NCBI GenBank assembly: GCA_963666055.2
Contig: CAXWPH010000015.1
Span: 736,001-800,000, forward strand
Direction of reading: 5' to 3'
Origin: Acidobacteriota bacterium
GTDB taxonomy: Bacteria; Acidobacteriota; UBA890; WLXD01
DNA: 64,000 nt
In this document: piece after piece, positions 1 to 10,791 of the stretch
How positions within the stretch are numbered: position 1 is the stretch's first letter
Layout: each line of letters begins with the position of its first letter
The notes under the pieces: generated by a model
The model's database searches: none
What the model was told of the DNA's origin: nothing
Seen by the model: only the letters and a program-made list of their open reading frames with translations
Translations under genes and position numbers: made by a program

Positions 1-1068
1 ATCATCCGGCTGGGTCGATCGACGCTCGGACTCGCCTACAGCCTCATCATCACCGACCTCCTTATCGCCCCGGCGTTTCCATCCAACACGGCGCGGTCCG
101 GTGTGCTCTACCCGATCCACTATGCGCTCGCTCGCCAGAGCGGCTCGCGACCCGAGGACGGCACCCAGGGTCACATGGGGAGCTTCCTCATGATGGCCGG
201 CATGACGGGGCTAACAGTTTCGTCGGCGATGTGGATGACGGCAATGGCGGCCAATCCAGCCGGTGCCGGTATCGCCACGCAAAGTGGCATCCCGGTGAGC
301 TTCGGCTCTTGGGCGCTGGCGGCGTCGGTGCCGTCGCTAGCGGCGTTGCTAATCGTGCCCTACCTGCTGTATCGGATCTTCCCGCCGGGAGTGAGACACA
401 CTCCCGAAGCGCCGGCGGCGGCGGCCGAAGCGCTGCGCGCCATGGGTCCAATGTCGCGCCAGGAACGGATCACCGCGCTGACCTTCGCGGGCATGATTAC
501 CGGCTGGGCACTGTCAGCCTCGCTGGGTATCAACACCGCGGCCATCGCTTTCCTCGGGCTCGGCGTGCTCATGTTGACGGATATATTCACGCTCGCCGAC
601 CTCAAAGAACGCGGCGACGCCCTCGGCATTTATATGTGGTTCGCCATCATGTACACGCTGTCGACGCAGCTCAACGAGCTAGGCTTCATGTCGCTGGCTG
701 CCGGCGGTATGGCCAGCCGACTCGAGGGCCTGCCATGGCCCCTGGTGTACGTCGCGTTGATCGTCACCTACGTGCTGATCCATTACCTGTTCGTATCGCA
801 GACGGCGCACATGCTGGCGCTGTACGGAGTTTTCCTGAACGTTGGCCTACAGGCAGGCGTACCCGGCCCCCTTCTGGCGTACATGCTGCTGTTCGCCACC
901 AACTTCTTCGCGGCGATCACACCACAGGGCTCGAGCGCCAACGCCATCTTTCTGAGCAGCGGCTACATCGAGCCGCGTCAGGTGTATCACTATGGTGGGC
1001 TGGTGACGCTCTTCAACCTGATCGTCTACCTCGTGGTCGGCACACCCTGGATCCTGTTGGTCACCTAG
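1..1068 (+). CDS. DASS (SLC13/CitT-like) sodium-coupled di/tricarboxylate transporter, 5' partial
   Basis: The frame is open from base 1 (IIRLGRSTLGLAYSL...APAFPSNTARSG). It has the DASS motifs PSNTAR, TAMAANP and HYLFVSQTAH and many TM helices. Confidence 0.88.
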   Translation: MIRLGRSTLGLAYSLIITDLLIAPAFPSNTARSGVLYPIHYALARQSGSRPEDGTQGHMGSFLMMAGMTGLTVSSAMWMTAMAANPAGAGIATQSGIPVSFGSWALAASVPSLAALLIVPYLLYRIFPPGVRHTPEAPAAAAEALRAMGPMSRQERITALTFAGMITGWALSASLGINTAAIAFLGLGVLMLTDIFTLADLKERGDALGIYMWFAIMYTLSTQLNELGFMSLAAGGMASRLEGLPWPLVYVALIVTYVLIHYLFVSQTAHMLALYGVFLNVGLQAGVPGPLLAYMLLFATNFFAAITPQGSSANAIFLSSGYIEPRQVYHYGGLVTLFNLIVYLVVGTPWILLVT

Positions 1069-1167
1069 AAGCAAGCGCGGCAGGTGCTGCGAGCGAGCTT
1101 TCTTTCGACACGTCACGCGACTAGAGTCGATTTTCTCGTCGCCGCAAACCAGCTGGGATAGAGCAAC

Positions 1168-1277
1168 ATGGTCACTACAGGCACATCAGGGAACGGCCGG
1201 TCGAGCGAAGCACCACGGCTGCGCAACTTCATCGGCGGCAAGTGGGGCGTGAGCGCGTGGTGATCACGCGCTGGTAG
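1168..1277 (+). pseudogene. Collapsed remnant of a (methyl)malonate-semialdehyde dehydrogenase gene: N-terminus joined to C-terminus
   Basis: ATG1168 reads MVTTG...RLRNFIGGKW (an ALDH N-terminal signature). It is joined out of frame to ERVVITRW-TAG, resembling the MmsA/IolA C-terminus. Confidence 0.6.
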
Positions 1278-1415
1278 CACCACCCCAGGATGTGCCAGAG
1301 TACGAACCGTCGGACCCATCGATCGACCGATTCTGATCTGCAGACGGCTTGATCGCGACGGTTCGAGCTACGTGTTCCCACCGCGCCAGCGGTGTACCTA
1401 CGAGGCCAGACTACG

Positions 1416-2750
1416 ATGAGCGAGACCGGGTCGGCAGTGATGGCAAGTGCCTCCGCTGAGGCGCACGATGCGCAGCGCGACTACCTGTTCCCCTGCGTTT
1501 CGACCCTCTACACCGAGCCCCTGGTCATGGCCGAGGCGCAGGGCGTGCGGGTAAAGGATGTCGAAGGCAACGAGTACCTCGACATATTCGCAGGCATCCT
1601 GACAACCTCGGTCGGGCACTGCCATCCGGAGGTCACAGCCGCCACCAAGGCGCAGATCGACAAGCTCGGGCACACATCGAGCCTTTACATTACGGATCCG
1701 CAGATCGACGCTGCACGTCGGCTGGCGGAGATCGCGCCCGGCGCTCTCCGCAAGTCGTTCTTCACCAACAGCGGCACCGAGGCGATCGAGACCGCGATCA
1801 TGCTGGCCTGCATGTACACCGGGCGAAGCGAGATCATGGCGCTCCGACTCGCCTACTCTGGCCGGAGCATCCTCGCCACCAACGTCACCGGCCACGCCGC
1901 CTGGCGACCGCTGAGCAGCTCGCTACCGATCAAGCACGCGCTGGCACCCTATCCGTACCGTTGTCCGTTCAAGTCGCCCTGCGACGAAAGCTGCGTCGAC
2001 AAGTTCGCCAACGATCTCGAAGAGGCGATCGTCACCACCACCAGCGGCAAGCCGGCGGCGTTCATCGCCGAAACCATCCTCGGCCTTGGCGGCTACATCG
2101 TGCCGCCGCCAGGCTACTTCCAACGGGCTGCCGAGATCATCCGATCGTATGGCGGAGTATTCATCTGCGACGAGGTGCAGGCGGGATTCGGACGTACCGG
2201 CGATAAGTGGTTCGGGATCGAGCACTGGGACGTCGAGCCCGACATCATGGTGATGGCCAAGGGCATCGCCAATGGACAACCGGTCGGCGCCACCATCACG
2301 CGTGACGAGATCGCCGACGCCTGGACCGCCAAGACCATCTCAACGTACGGCGGCAACCCGGTGAGCATGGCGGCAATGGCAGCGACCCTCGATGTTCTAC
2401 GCCGCGAAGATGCGCCGTCGAACGCCGCGGCACGGGGACGCGAGCTGCGCGCCGGCCTCGATGCGCTGGCTGAGCGCCATGAATGGATCGGCGAGATCCG
2501 TGGCATGGGTCTGATGCAGGCGCTCGAGCTGGTCGAGGACCGTGAGTCCAAGACCCCGAGCCCTGAAAAGGGCCAGGCACTGCTCGAGGCTGCTAGGCAG
2601 GAAGGACTGCTGATCGGGCTCGGTGGCCAGCACGGCCACGTCATCCGCCTCGGCCCCTCGTTGCTGATCACCGAAGACGAGACCACGGAAGCCCTACAAC
2701 GGCTCGAGAGAGCCTGCGACCGCGTCAGCTCCGGGGGCTCCGGGGTTTAG
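1416..2750 (+). CDS. Class III PLP aminotransferase (GABA/beta-alanine/alanine-glyoxylate type)
   Basis: Motifs FTNSGTEAIE, FICDEVQAGFGRTG, DIMVMAKG (PLP lysine) and STYGGNP. Confidence 0.92.
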   Translation: MSETGSAVMASASAEAHDAQRDYLFPCVSTLYTEPLVMAEAQGVRVKDVEGNEYLDIFAGILTTSVGHCHPEVTAATKAQIDKLGHTSSLYITDPQIDAARRLAEIAPGALRKSFFTNSGTEAIETAIMLACMYTGRSEIMALRLAYSGRSILATNVTGHAAWRPLSSSLPIKHALAPYPYRCPFKSPCDESCVDKFANDLEEAIVTTTSGKPAAFIAETILGLGGYIVPPPGYFQRAAEIIRSYGGVFICDEVQAGFGRTGDKWFGIEHWDVEPDIMVMAKGIANGQPVGATITRDEIADAWTAKTISTYGGNPVSMAAMAATLDVLRREDAPSNAAARGRELRAGLDALAERHEWIGEIRGMGLMQALELVEDRESKTPSPEKGQALLEAARQEGLLIGLGGQHGHVIRLGPSLLITEDETTEALQRLERACDRVSSGGSGV

Positions 2751-2842
2751 ATCGTTGATCGCGGGAATGCCCTGGAGCGCCTGGGTGCTGCTTGTGGTGG
2801 CCGTGGGCACCGGGTTGACGGTGGAACTGGTGCACTACCGAC

Positions 2843-4399
2843 GTGGGCGAAGCCGCCGCGGCGACCAGGGCCGCGGCATTGCTGACAGCGACCAGGGCCC
2901 CGACGCTACCGACCGGGGAAATTGAGTTGGCGTTCGCCACCATCATCACCGTCCTGGGCGTTTATCTCGCCGTCCTGCTCGGCCTCGGCTGGTGGGCCGG
3001 CCGCGGATCGGGCAGCGTGGCGGGGTACTACGTCGCCGACAAACAGCTGCCCTCGTGGGTCATCGCCTTCAGCTCCAACAGCACTGGAGAGAGCGCCTGG
3101 CTGCTGCTCGGCCTCACCGGCATGGGCTATACCATCGGCATCCACTCGCTGTGGATCATCTTCGGTGAGGTCCTCGGGGTGGCTCTCGCCTGGACGCTGG
3201 TAGCAAAACCGTTCAAGGCCTGGACGGATCGCTACGACTCGATCACCGTGCCCGACTATCTGGAGGCGCGGTTCCGCGACTCCAGCCACGTGATCCGCTG
3301 GCTCAGCCTGATAATCATCGTCAGTATGGTCACCGCATACACCGCCGCCCAGCTCACCGCGGCCGGCAAGGCGTTCGCGTCGTTCCTCGACACCAGCTAC
3401 GTCGTCGGCGCCCTCATCGGGGCGGCGGTTGTTCTGTACTACACCATCGTCGGCGGCTTCAAAGCGGTCGCCTATAGCGACCTGTTTCAGGGCATATTGA
3501 TGCTCGGCGGATTGCTGGCGCTACCGTTTGTAGCAATGTCGGCCGCCGGCGGCTGGACCGCGACCATGACGCAACTCAACGCCACCGATCCGGCGTTGTT
3601 GCGGCCGATGGGCAGCTACGGAATGAGCATCGAGGGCTTCGTGTCGGCGATCGGCTTCATCGGCATCGGTCTCGCGTTCCTCGGCGCACCGCAGCTGCTC
3701 AGCCGGTTCATCGCCGCTCGCAGCCGGCGCGACATCCACGAGGGAGGGCTGATCGCGGTGCTGTGCATCATCGTCTTCGACCTCGGAGCGGTGTTCGCGG
3801 GCATGGCCGGCCGGGTGATCTTCCCGGTGCTCGACGATCCCGAGACAATCTTGCCGATGATGACATCGTCGTTGATGCCGGCGCTATTCACCGGCATCTA
3901 TCTGGTAATCGTGCTCGCCGCCATCATGTCGACCGCGGACTCGCTGCTGATCATGGCCTCGGCAACGGTGGTACGCGACATCGTGCAGCGCATCTACCGG
4001 CCGCACGAGACCGATCGGCGGCTAGCACTGTATGGCAGAGCCACGACGGCATTGATCGGCATCGTTGCGTTGCTATTTGCGCTCGGAGAGGTGCGCGTCA
4101 TCTTCTGGTTCGTGCTGTTCGCATGGTCGGGGCTGGCGTGTGCCTTCACCCCGGTGGTGTTGTGTTCGCTGTACTGGAAGCGGACGACCCGCGCCGGTGC
4201 CATCGCCGGCATGATCGGCGGCTTCCTGACCGCCATCGTTTGGGTGCTGGCGTTCAAGCCGTATACCTACGACCTGTACGAGATGATCCCGGGCTTCTTC
4301 GTCGGCTTCCTGCTCACCATCGGGGTCAGTCTGGTCACCGAGCCGCCTGAGGGAGCCGCAGAAGAGTTTGACGCCGTCTGGCGGCAGCTGAGCCAATGA
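2843..4399 (+). CDS. Sodium:solute (proline-type) symporter, SSS family; start uncertain
   Basis: Motifs GESAWLLLGLTG, YTIVGGFKAVAYSD and LAAIMSTADS, with about 13 TM helices. Confidence 0.88.
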   Translation: MGEAAAATRAAALLTATRAPTLPTGEIELAFATIITVLGVYLAVLLGLGWWAGRGSGSVAGYYVADKQLPSWVIAFSSNSTGESAWLLLGLTGMGYTIGIHSLWIIFGEVLGVALAWTLVAKPFKAWTDRYDSITVPDYLEARFRDSSHVIRWLSLIIIVSMVTAYTAAQLTAAGKAFASFLDTSYVVGALIGAAVVLYYTIVGGFKAVAYSDLFQGILMLGGLLALPFVAMSAAGGWTATMTQLNATDPALLRPMGSYGMSIEGFVSAIGFIGIGLAFLGAPQLLSRFIAARSRRDIHEGGLIAVLCIIVFDLGAVFAGMAGRVIFPVLDDPETILPMMTSSLMPALFTGIYLVIVLAAIMSTADSLLIMASATVVRDIVQRIYRPHETDRRLALYGRATTALIGIVALLFALGEVRVIFWFVLFAWSGLACAFTPVVLCSLYWKRTTRAGAIAGMIGGFLTAIVWVLAFKPYTYDLYEMIPGFFVGFLLTIGVSLVTEPPEGAAEEFDAVWRQLSQ

Positions 4400-5622
4400 G
4401 CCAGTTGCCCACCTGCGGAGGCTGGGCCTGGCTCATCGTAGTGATCGTGACAGTCGCCATCAGCGCAACAGCGACCACGCCTGACGCCGTTGCAGCGCCT
4501 CAGCAAGACCCGCGAGCTCGAGACCTCGGCATTCCCTTCTACGGCGAGCCGGGCCCGAGCAACGCAATCACCGATGTCGGCGACGTCGAGGTGGGACACG
4601 TCACCCTGATCCGTGGTGACGGCCCCCTGTCGGTCGGCGAGGGGCCGGTGCGTACCGGAGTCACGGCAATCCGACCGCGTGGCCGACAGAGCGAGCCGGT
4701 GTTCGCCGGTTGGTATTCGCTCAATGGCAACGGCGAGATGACCGGAACGACCTGGATTGAGGAGTCCGGCGTTCTGGAAGGCCCGGTGATGATCACCAAC
4801 ACGCATAGCGTCGGAGTGGTGCGCGACGCGGTGATCGACTGGCTAGTACGCGCTGGCCACGGCCGCCAACCCTGGGCGCTGCCGGTGGTTGCCGAAACCT
4901 ACGACGGCTTCCTCAACGACATCAACGGGTTTCATGTGCACCGCGAGCACGTCTTCGAGGCGCTCGGCAAGGCGCACGGTGGGACCGTGTCCGAGGGCGC
5001 CGTGGGCGGCGGCACTGGAATGATCTGCCACGGCTTCAAGTGCGGTATCGGAACGTCCTCCCGCTCGGTGGAGATCCAAGGCCGGCGCTACATGCTCGGG
5101 GCGCTGGTGCAGGCGAACTACGGACGCCGCGACGACCTGATGATCGCCGGCGCACCGATCGGCCGCGAGATTGCCGACCTGCGACCGCGCCCCGGCGCCA
5201 CCAGCGCCGATGCCGAGGCGCTCGGCATACCCGGCGACCGCGACTTCGGTTCGATCATCGTGGTGATCGCAACCGACGCGCCACTGCTGCCCTATCAGCT
5301 CAAGCGCATAGCGCGGCGAGTGCCACTCGGCATCGCCCGGATGGGCGGTATGGCGGGCAATGGCTCTGGCGACATCTTCGTCGCCTTCTCCACCGCCAAC
5401 CGCGGCGCCGCCGGAAATAGCGACGCAAGTACTGTCGAGCTGCTGCCGAATGGGTGGCTGACGCCGCTATTTCAGGCCACGGCGTACGCCGTGGAGGAAG
5501 CGATTACCAATGCGCTCGTCGCCGGCACCATGATCGTCGGCCGGGACGACAACACCGTGTATGCGCTTCCACACGAGCGACTACGCGACGTGTTGCGACG
5601 CTACAACCGCCTGCGCCAGTAA
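4396..5622 (+). CDS. DmpA/P1 family (S58) aminopeptidase with signal peptide
   Basis: Motifs NAITDV, NGNGEMTG, GAVGGGTGM, the GSIIVVIATDAP autocleavage site and GSGDIF. Confidence 0.9.
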   Translation: MSQLPTCGGWAWLIVVIVTVAISATATTPDAVAAPQQDPRARDLGIPFYGEPGPSNAITDVGDVEVGHVTLIRGDGPLSVGEGPVRTGVTAIRPRGRQSEPVFAGWYSLNGNGEMTGTTWIEESGVLEGPVMITNTHSVGVVRDAVIDWLVRAGHGRQPWALPVVAETYDGFLNDINGFHVHREHVFEALGKAHGGTVSEGAVGGGTGMICHGFKCGIGTSSRSVEIQGRRYMLGALVQANYGRRDDLMIAGAPIGREIADLRPRPGATSADAEALGIPGDRDFGSIIVVIATDAPLLPYQLKRIARRVPLGIARMGGMAGNGSGDIFVAFSTANRGAAGNSDASTVELLPNGWLTPLFQATAYAVEEAITNALVAGTMIVGRDDNTVYALPHERLRDVLRRYNRLRQ

Positions 5623-5664
5623 GCCACGCCTGATCGGGTCGGCGGGCCAGAGCAGCGCGCGGAT

Positions 5665-6750
5665 TCAGGCCGCCTCGCGTGGCTTACGTAGCGTCTCGAG
5701 AGCCAACAGGGCGCGGCGTTTGGCGCGCTTGACCACATCGAGACCAGCCAACGCCAGCCGCCCGACGTTGCTACAGGGGAGCAGCGCCTTGGCCACCGGA
5801 ACCCGGTCGCGCCAGTAGGAACCGATGAACGACTTGGCGTTGGCGCCGCTCTCAGCAAACACTAGCTCGGGGCTCGCGAGGAAAAGCCGCACTTCTTGAA
5901 CGGCGTTCAGCAATCCGGGCGAATACTCGCCGTAGGCGGGATCGAAGGCAACCTTGAAACCGCACAACGTCATGCCCTCGACGAGGCTCGCGCACATGGC
6001 AGCGGCAACACCATCGATCCGAACCTCGGTGTAGAACAGGTCGGCGCGATGACCGTAGGCGTTTGTCAGTTCATCGAAGAACTCCACATCAGCGGCGCAG
6101 CAGGCGAGCGCTGAGCCACGCTCGCCCTTCCAGCCGGAAGCCTCCATCTACATGAACTGCGACGCCCAGTCGGATCCCTCGTCGAGGGATCGATGTTGCC
6201 GCACCTCAACCTCAGCGACCCGGTTCAGGGCCCGCCATTGCCGCCGATAGTTCTTGCGGCGTTTCGCCGACAGCGACGCCAGATACTCATCGAACGACCC
6301 GCACCGACGCAGCACCGGACGCGGGAATCCATACCGAATCAGCGGCGTGGCGTGGCGCGCCGATGGGACTCGGTCCACGACATCCCAGGTCAGCGAGTCG
6401 ACACCGACGAGCGGCAGCACCACCAGGTCGATCGCCGGCGCCGCATCCTCGACCCAATCCCACATCGCGGCGATGGCCTCGGCAGCGAAGTCGCGCTGCA
6501 GCAGCGGCTGCGAGAGATACGAATGTGGCGTGCTCCAGAAGCTGACCGTGCGGAGCCGGCCTTGGGTGTGTGGCACCGGGACCTCGAACGGTGCACAGCC
6601 AATGAGCTGCTTGCGCGCCCCGTCGACCTGATAGACGAACACGAGCTTGAACGGTCGCATCGGGTAACTACGCAAACCGGCGTGGCACCGCCGACAAATC
6701 TCTACTTTGCCCGAGTGGAACAATCCGGTGGCTTGGAGCTTGCCGAACAT
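5665..6750 (-). pseudogene. GNAT family (CelD/BcsL-like) acetyltransferase interrupted by an in-frame TAG at 6148-6150
   Basis: Two in-frame ORFs join as FDEYLASLSAKRRKNYRR...QFM*MEASGWKG...FKVAFDPAYGEYSPGLL. Confidence 0.7.
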
Positions 6751-6803
6751 GCCAGCATGGAGCCTGGAGTGGACGGGCTGCAGCCGCCCGGGAGAATGGA
6801 AAC

Positions 6804-7127
6804 ATGCACAATTGGCGTCGTGACAAGCACATCCTGGTCGATGAGGCCGAACACAACATCGGCATCGGCGTGGTCAGGTCGCTCGGCCAGGCCGGCTACC
6901 GAGTCACGGCCTGTTCATCCGATCCGGATGCCCTGGGCTTCTCCTCCCGTTTCGCAACGCGCACTGAAGTGTGTCCCAGCCCGTTTCGTCGCCAGGCCTT
7001 CCTGAGTTGGCTCGACGACACCATCGAAGCACAGCGCATCGACGCCATCATCGCCACCGAGGGCCTGCGGATCTCTTGTACCCCGGCGATCGGCACCTCT
7101 ACTGGAAGGCTCTGCAGCGGTACCTGA
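6804..7127 (+). pseudogene. N-terminal fragment of an ATP-grasp/carboxylate-amine ligase-like protein
   Basis: GIGVVRSLGQAGYRV...SSRFA...IDAIIATE, after which the similarity stops. Confidence 0.5.
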
Positions 7128-7188
7128 GGGAAATGCTGGGCTCACTGCCCGGTCGGCTGCGGCGCCGACAAACAACCGGAGATCAAGC

Positions 7189-7980
7189 ATGCGTCGAGGG
7201 TTAGCCAGGCTGATGCGCCAGCTACAATCATTGGCCCCGACCCTGGCGTTGATGTACGTGCCAGTCTTCGGGTTGATGGGTGCGGCGTTGGTGGTGAGCT
7301 TCTACACCGATACCACGCTGGCGGAATTTACCCGGGATCCGGCAGCCAGCACCGGCGCTCACCCGTTGCTCGGCGTGGTATCGAACATCGGCGTGCTCTG
7401 CTGGTGCGCTGCCGCCGCGATGTGCTTCCTGGGCGCCGCCGTATTGCACCGCCAAGGTTCTAGCACCCCGCTCCGTCCTTTCCTTGCCACTGCCGGCCTG
7501 CTGACCAGCGTCCTGCTGGTCGACGATCTGTTCATGCTGCACGACTCCGTAATCTACGGCCTGCACATGGACGAGAAGTTGCTGTTCGGCGTCTACGGAA
7601 TCATGGTTGCGGCATTTCTGGTCCACTTCCGCGCCGTCATCCTGGCCAGCGAGTTCCTCCTGCTGGGACTGGCGCTGAGCTTCTTCGCTCTTTCGCTGGC
7701 GGTCGATGCGCTGGCGCCGGAGACCCTTCCGATACAGGACCTATACGAAGACGGAGCCAAGCTCCTCGGCATCGTCAGCTGGCTCGGCTACTTCTGCACA
7801 ACTTCGTTGGAGGCGCTGGCCCCTCGCCACGCTAGCGCTGCCGCCCACCTCGGCGACGCGGCTTCCTCTTCGGACGCTCGCTACGACGAGCATCCTCACC
7901 GGCCGGCGCGGGGTCCAGCGCTACCGGCTCACCGAGCGGTGCATGCAGGCTTTCCTGGTAGTAGTCGTCCAGGAGCATAG
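7189..7980 (+). CDS. Uncharacterised multi-pass membrane protein; its 3' end overlaps the convergent helicase gene
   Basis: About 6 TM helices, with SNIGVLCW, LLVDDLFMLHD and EDGAKLLG motifs. Confidence 0.7.
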   Translation: MRRGLARLMRQLQSLAPTLALMYVPVFGLMGAALVVSFYTDTTLAEFTRDPAASTGAHPLLGVVSNIGVLCWCAAAAMCFLGAAVLHRQGSSTPLRPFLATAGLLTSVLLVDDLFMLHDSVIYGLHMDEKLLFGVYGIMVAAFLVHFRAVILASEFLLLGLALSFFALSLAVDALAPETLPIQDLYEDGAKLLGIVSWLGYFCTTSLEALAPRHASAAAHLGDAASSSDARYDEHPHRPARGPALPAHRAVHAGFPGSSRPGA

Positions 7981-9397
7981 CGATCACCGAGACTTCATCG
8001 CGGCTTTCGCCCAAGCTACGGGCAAGCGGCACGAATCGCTGCATGCGCTCCGTTTGCAGGGGGCTGCGATCACGTAATCGCGCCTCGAGCAAAGCGGTGA
8101 CACGCTCGCCGACAATTCGCTCCACCTCTTCCTTGGTCGGCGCGGGCCGCTCCTGCAGTTCGATGCCGTAGGTACGCGCGATGTGCCGAAGATGAATTCC
8201 TTCGAGGCCGGACACCAGCGTGAGCGCCTCCCCGGAGGCACCCGCACGGCTCGTTCGTCCCACCCGGTGGATGTAGCCCTCGGGGTCCCTTGGAGGACCG
8301 TACTGGATCACGTGGGAGAGGTCGTGGATATCGATTCCGCGCGCCGCGACGTCGGTAGCAACGAGAAACCGCAACGTACCGTGTCGAACGCGCTCGAGGA
8401 CCTTTTCGCGTGCCGCCTGCGCCAGGTCCGAGCTGAGCTCGTCGGCATCGTATCCGAAGCGCTTCAGAACCAGCGCCACGTAGTGAACGTCGGCCTTCGT
8501 ATTGCAAAATATGATCGCCGACGCAGGGTTCTCGATCTCGATGATCCGCATTAAGTAACGGTCCTTGTCCATCGACGGCACGTCGTAGAACACGTGCTCG
8601 GTGGACGCCACGTGCACGCGATCGCGACTGAGGCTCAGGAACTCCGGGGTCTCGAGGAACTCGCTGGCGAGATTTCGCACATGCGGCGGGAACGTGGCCG
8701 AGAACATCGAGCCACTGATGCGCCGTTTCGGCAGGAATGCCTGTAGCCGCTTCATGTCGGGATAGAACCCCATCGACAGCATGCGGTCGGCCTCGTCGAA
8801 TACCAGGTTCTTCAGACCGTCTAGCGACAGATTGCGCTTGAGAAGGTGGTCGAGCACCCGGCCGGGAGTGCCTACGACGAGGTGGGCGCCACGCTCGAAG
8901 GCTTCGAGCTGGGGTCCGTAGGCGACGCCGCCATATACCGCGGTCGGTAGCAGACCCGTCGAAGCACTGAGCTCCTCCGCCGCGGTCATCACCTGCTTGG
9001 CAAGCTCACGCGTCGGCACGAGCACCAGCGCCTGGCACCGGCGGTCGTCCGGATCGAGGCGATCGATGATCGGCAACAGAAAAGCGCCTGTCTTGCCGCT
9101 GCCGGTGCGCGACTGGATCATCAGGTCGCGTCCCGCCAACATGTACGGGATCGCCTTGGCCTGGACTGGCATGAGCGTGGACCAGCCGACGCGCGCGGAG
9201 GCCTCCTGCAAGGCGCTCGGGAGCTCGTCGAAGGTAATCTCCGGTAGCGCGTCTTCGGGTTCGACAACGTCCCGGTCGACAACTCCGTCGGCGATCGCGG
9301 CGGTAGTATCGACAGCCCCGTCGGACCGTGCCTTCAGCGCGTCGTCCCGACGGCGACGCGACAGGCGCCGTGGGCTGGGACGTTTCTGTCGTGCCAA
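7832..9397 (-). CDS. DEAD-box ATP-dependent RNA helicase
   Basis: Q motif, TGSGKT, PTRELA, DEAD, SAT, TDVAARGID and HRVGRT. An AAGGAG RBS precedes the TTG start. Confidence 0.96.
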   Translation of the reverse strand: MARQKRPSPRRLSRRRRDDALKARSDGAVDTTAAIADGVVDRDVVEPEDALPEITFDELPSALQEASARVGWSTLMPVQAKAIPYMLAGRDLMIQSRTGSGKTGAFLLPIIDRLDPDDRRCQALVLVPTRELAKQVMTAAEELSASTGLLPTAVYGGVAYGPQLEAFERGAHLVVGTPGRVLDHLLKRNLSLDGLKNLVFDEADRMLSMGFYPDMKRLQAFLPKRRISGSMFSATFPPHVRNLASEFLETPEFLSLSRDRVHVASTEHVFYDVPSMDKDRYLMRIIEIENPASAIIFCNTKADVHYVALVLKRFGYDADELSSDLAQAAREKVLERVRHGTLRFLVATDVAARGIDIHDLSHVIQYGPPRDPEGYIHRVGRTSRAGASGEALTLVSGLEGIHLRHIARTYGIELQERPAPTKEEVERIVGERVTALLEARLRDRSPLQTERMQRFVPLARSLGESRDEVSVIAMLLDDYYQESLHAPLGEPVALDPAPAGEDARRSERPKRKPRRRGGRQR

Positions 9398-9640
9398 GCT
9401 CCCTCCTTGTTCTCTCCGCTCGTGGCGTCACGGCAACGCAGGCGCGTTGGCCAAACGCATGATGTCACGGATGCGCGGAAGCCGCCCGATACGCGTAGCC
9501 CGGTCGCGGCCACTACCAAGACGGGTCCGCCAACCGCCTCTGCCTGAGCACACGAGCCGGCAGCCAACAAGCTCGCCGGGATCCATAAGAAGCAGCCCGG
9601 CGCCGGCTTTGTGCGGCGGCAGCGGGAAACTGCTACCGCG

Positions 9641-10660
9641 TCACGCCTGGGCTCGCTTGTACCCCCTGAGATAGCCGAATCCGACCATCTGGCGGCGCTC
9701 TTCATCCCACAAGCGAAAGCCTAACGACCGCAAGCTGGAGAGCAGGCTGATCGACGGGATCGACGCCAGGCTCGGGTTTTCTTCGTGGCACCTTTGCAGG
9801 AAGTAGTTTGGAATCCGCGGGCAAAGATGGTGGATGTGGTGGTAGCCGATATTCCCCGAGAACCACTGCAGGATACGCGGCAGCTTGTAGTAAGAGCTGC
9901 CATGAAGCGCCGCAGGGTAGTAGTCCCATTGCTCGTGCCTCTCCCAGTAAACCGACTCGAACTGGTGCTGCACGTAAAAGAGCCACACGCCGGCGGCTCC
10001 AGCGACAAGGCTGATGGGGAGCTGGATCATTAGATAGGACCTCAGACCCATGGCGGTCACGAGACTCCCAACCAGCACCACCACGCCGAGATTCGTCCAC
10101 CAAACACTGGCCCGCTCGCGCTTGTGCTCGCTCCGATAAGAGATCCGCTGGGCGATGGCGAACAGAACCATCGGGCCGACAAGGAACATCACCAACGGAT
10201 GTCGGTAGATCCGATACCGCAAGCGCGTCAACAAGGGCGCCGCCAAGTACTCCTCTACTGTGAGGGTCCAGATCTCGCCACCCGAGTCGCGCCGATCGAG
10301 GTCACCCGAGGTGGCATGGTGCTTGGCGTGATCGTAGCGCCAGCGATAGTAGGGTGTGAACGTCATCACCCCGGTGATGTAGCCGACAATGTCGTTGAGC
10401 CGCTTGGATTTGAAGAACGCGCCGTGGCCACAGTCGTGGAAGATGATGAAGATGCGGATCATGAAGCCCGCGGCGAGAGGAGTAAGCGCCAGCGTCAGCC
10501 AGTAGGACACCGCCAAGCTGCGATACATCAAGTACCAGAGCACCACGTATGGAACGAGCGAGTTCACCATTTGCCAGGCGCTACGAAGCGGCTCCGGGTT
10601 CTGGTACTTCACCGTCAACTGCTGCCAGGTGCTGGCATCGGCAGTCGTTACTGGCCCCAT
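9641..10660 (-). CDS. Membrane fatty acid desaturase (Des-like)
   Basis: Histidine boxes HDCGH, HAKHH and HHIHH. Confidence 0.93.
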   Translation of the reverse strand: MGPVTTADASTWQQLTVKYQNPEPLRSAWQMVNSLVPYVVLWYLMYRSLAVSYWLTLALTPLAAGFMIRIFIIFHDCGHGAFFKSKRLNDIVGYITGVMTFTPYYRWRYDHAKHHATSGDLDRRDSGGEIWTLTVEEYLAAPLLTRLRYRIYRHPLVMFLVGPMVLFAIAQRISYRSEHKRERASVWWTNLGVVVLVGSLVTAMGLRSYLMIQLPISLVAGAAGVWLFYVQHQFESVYWERHEQWDYYPAALHGSSYYKLPRILQWFSGNIGYHHIHHLCPRIPNYFLQRCHEENPSLASIPSISLLSSLRSLGFRLWDEERRQMVGFGYLRGYKRAQA

Positions 10661-10791
10661 TTACGCTCTCCATGCTGGTCAGAGATAACGCTCCCGCAAC
10701 GTCAACCACGGTTGTAGCACTGTCGCCGCCCCGAGGGAAGCATTTGGCCGCTCAACGGCGCAGGCGTGAGCCTACGCGCGCCCCGTCGGGG

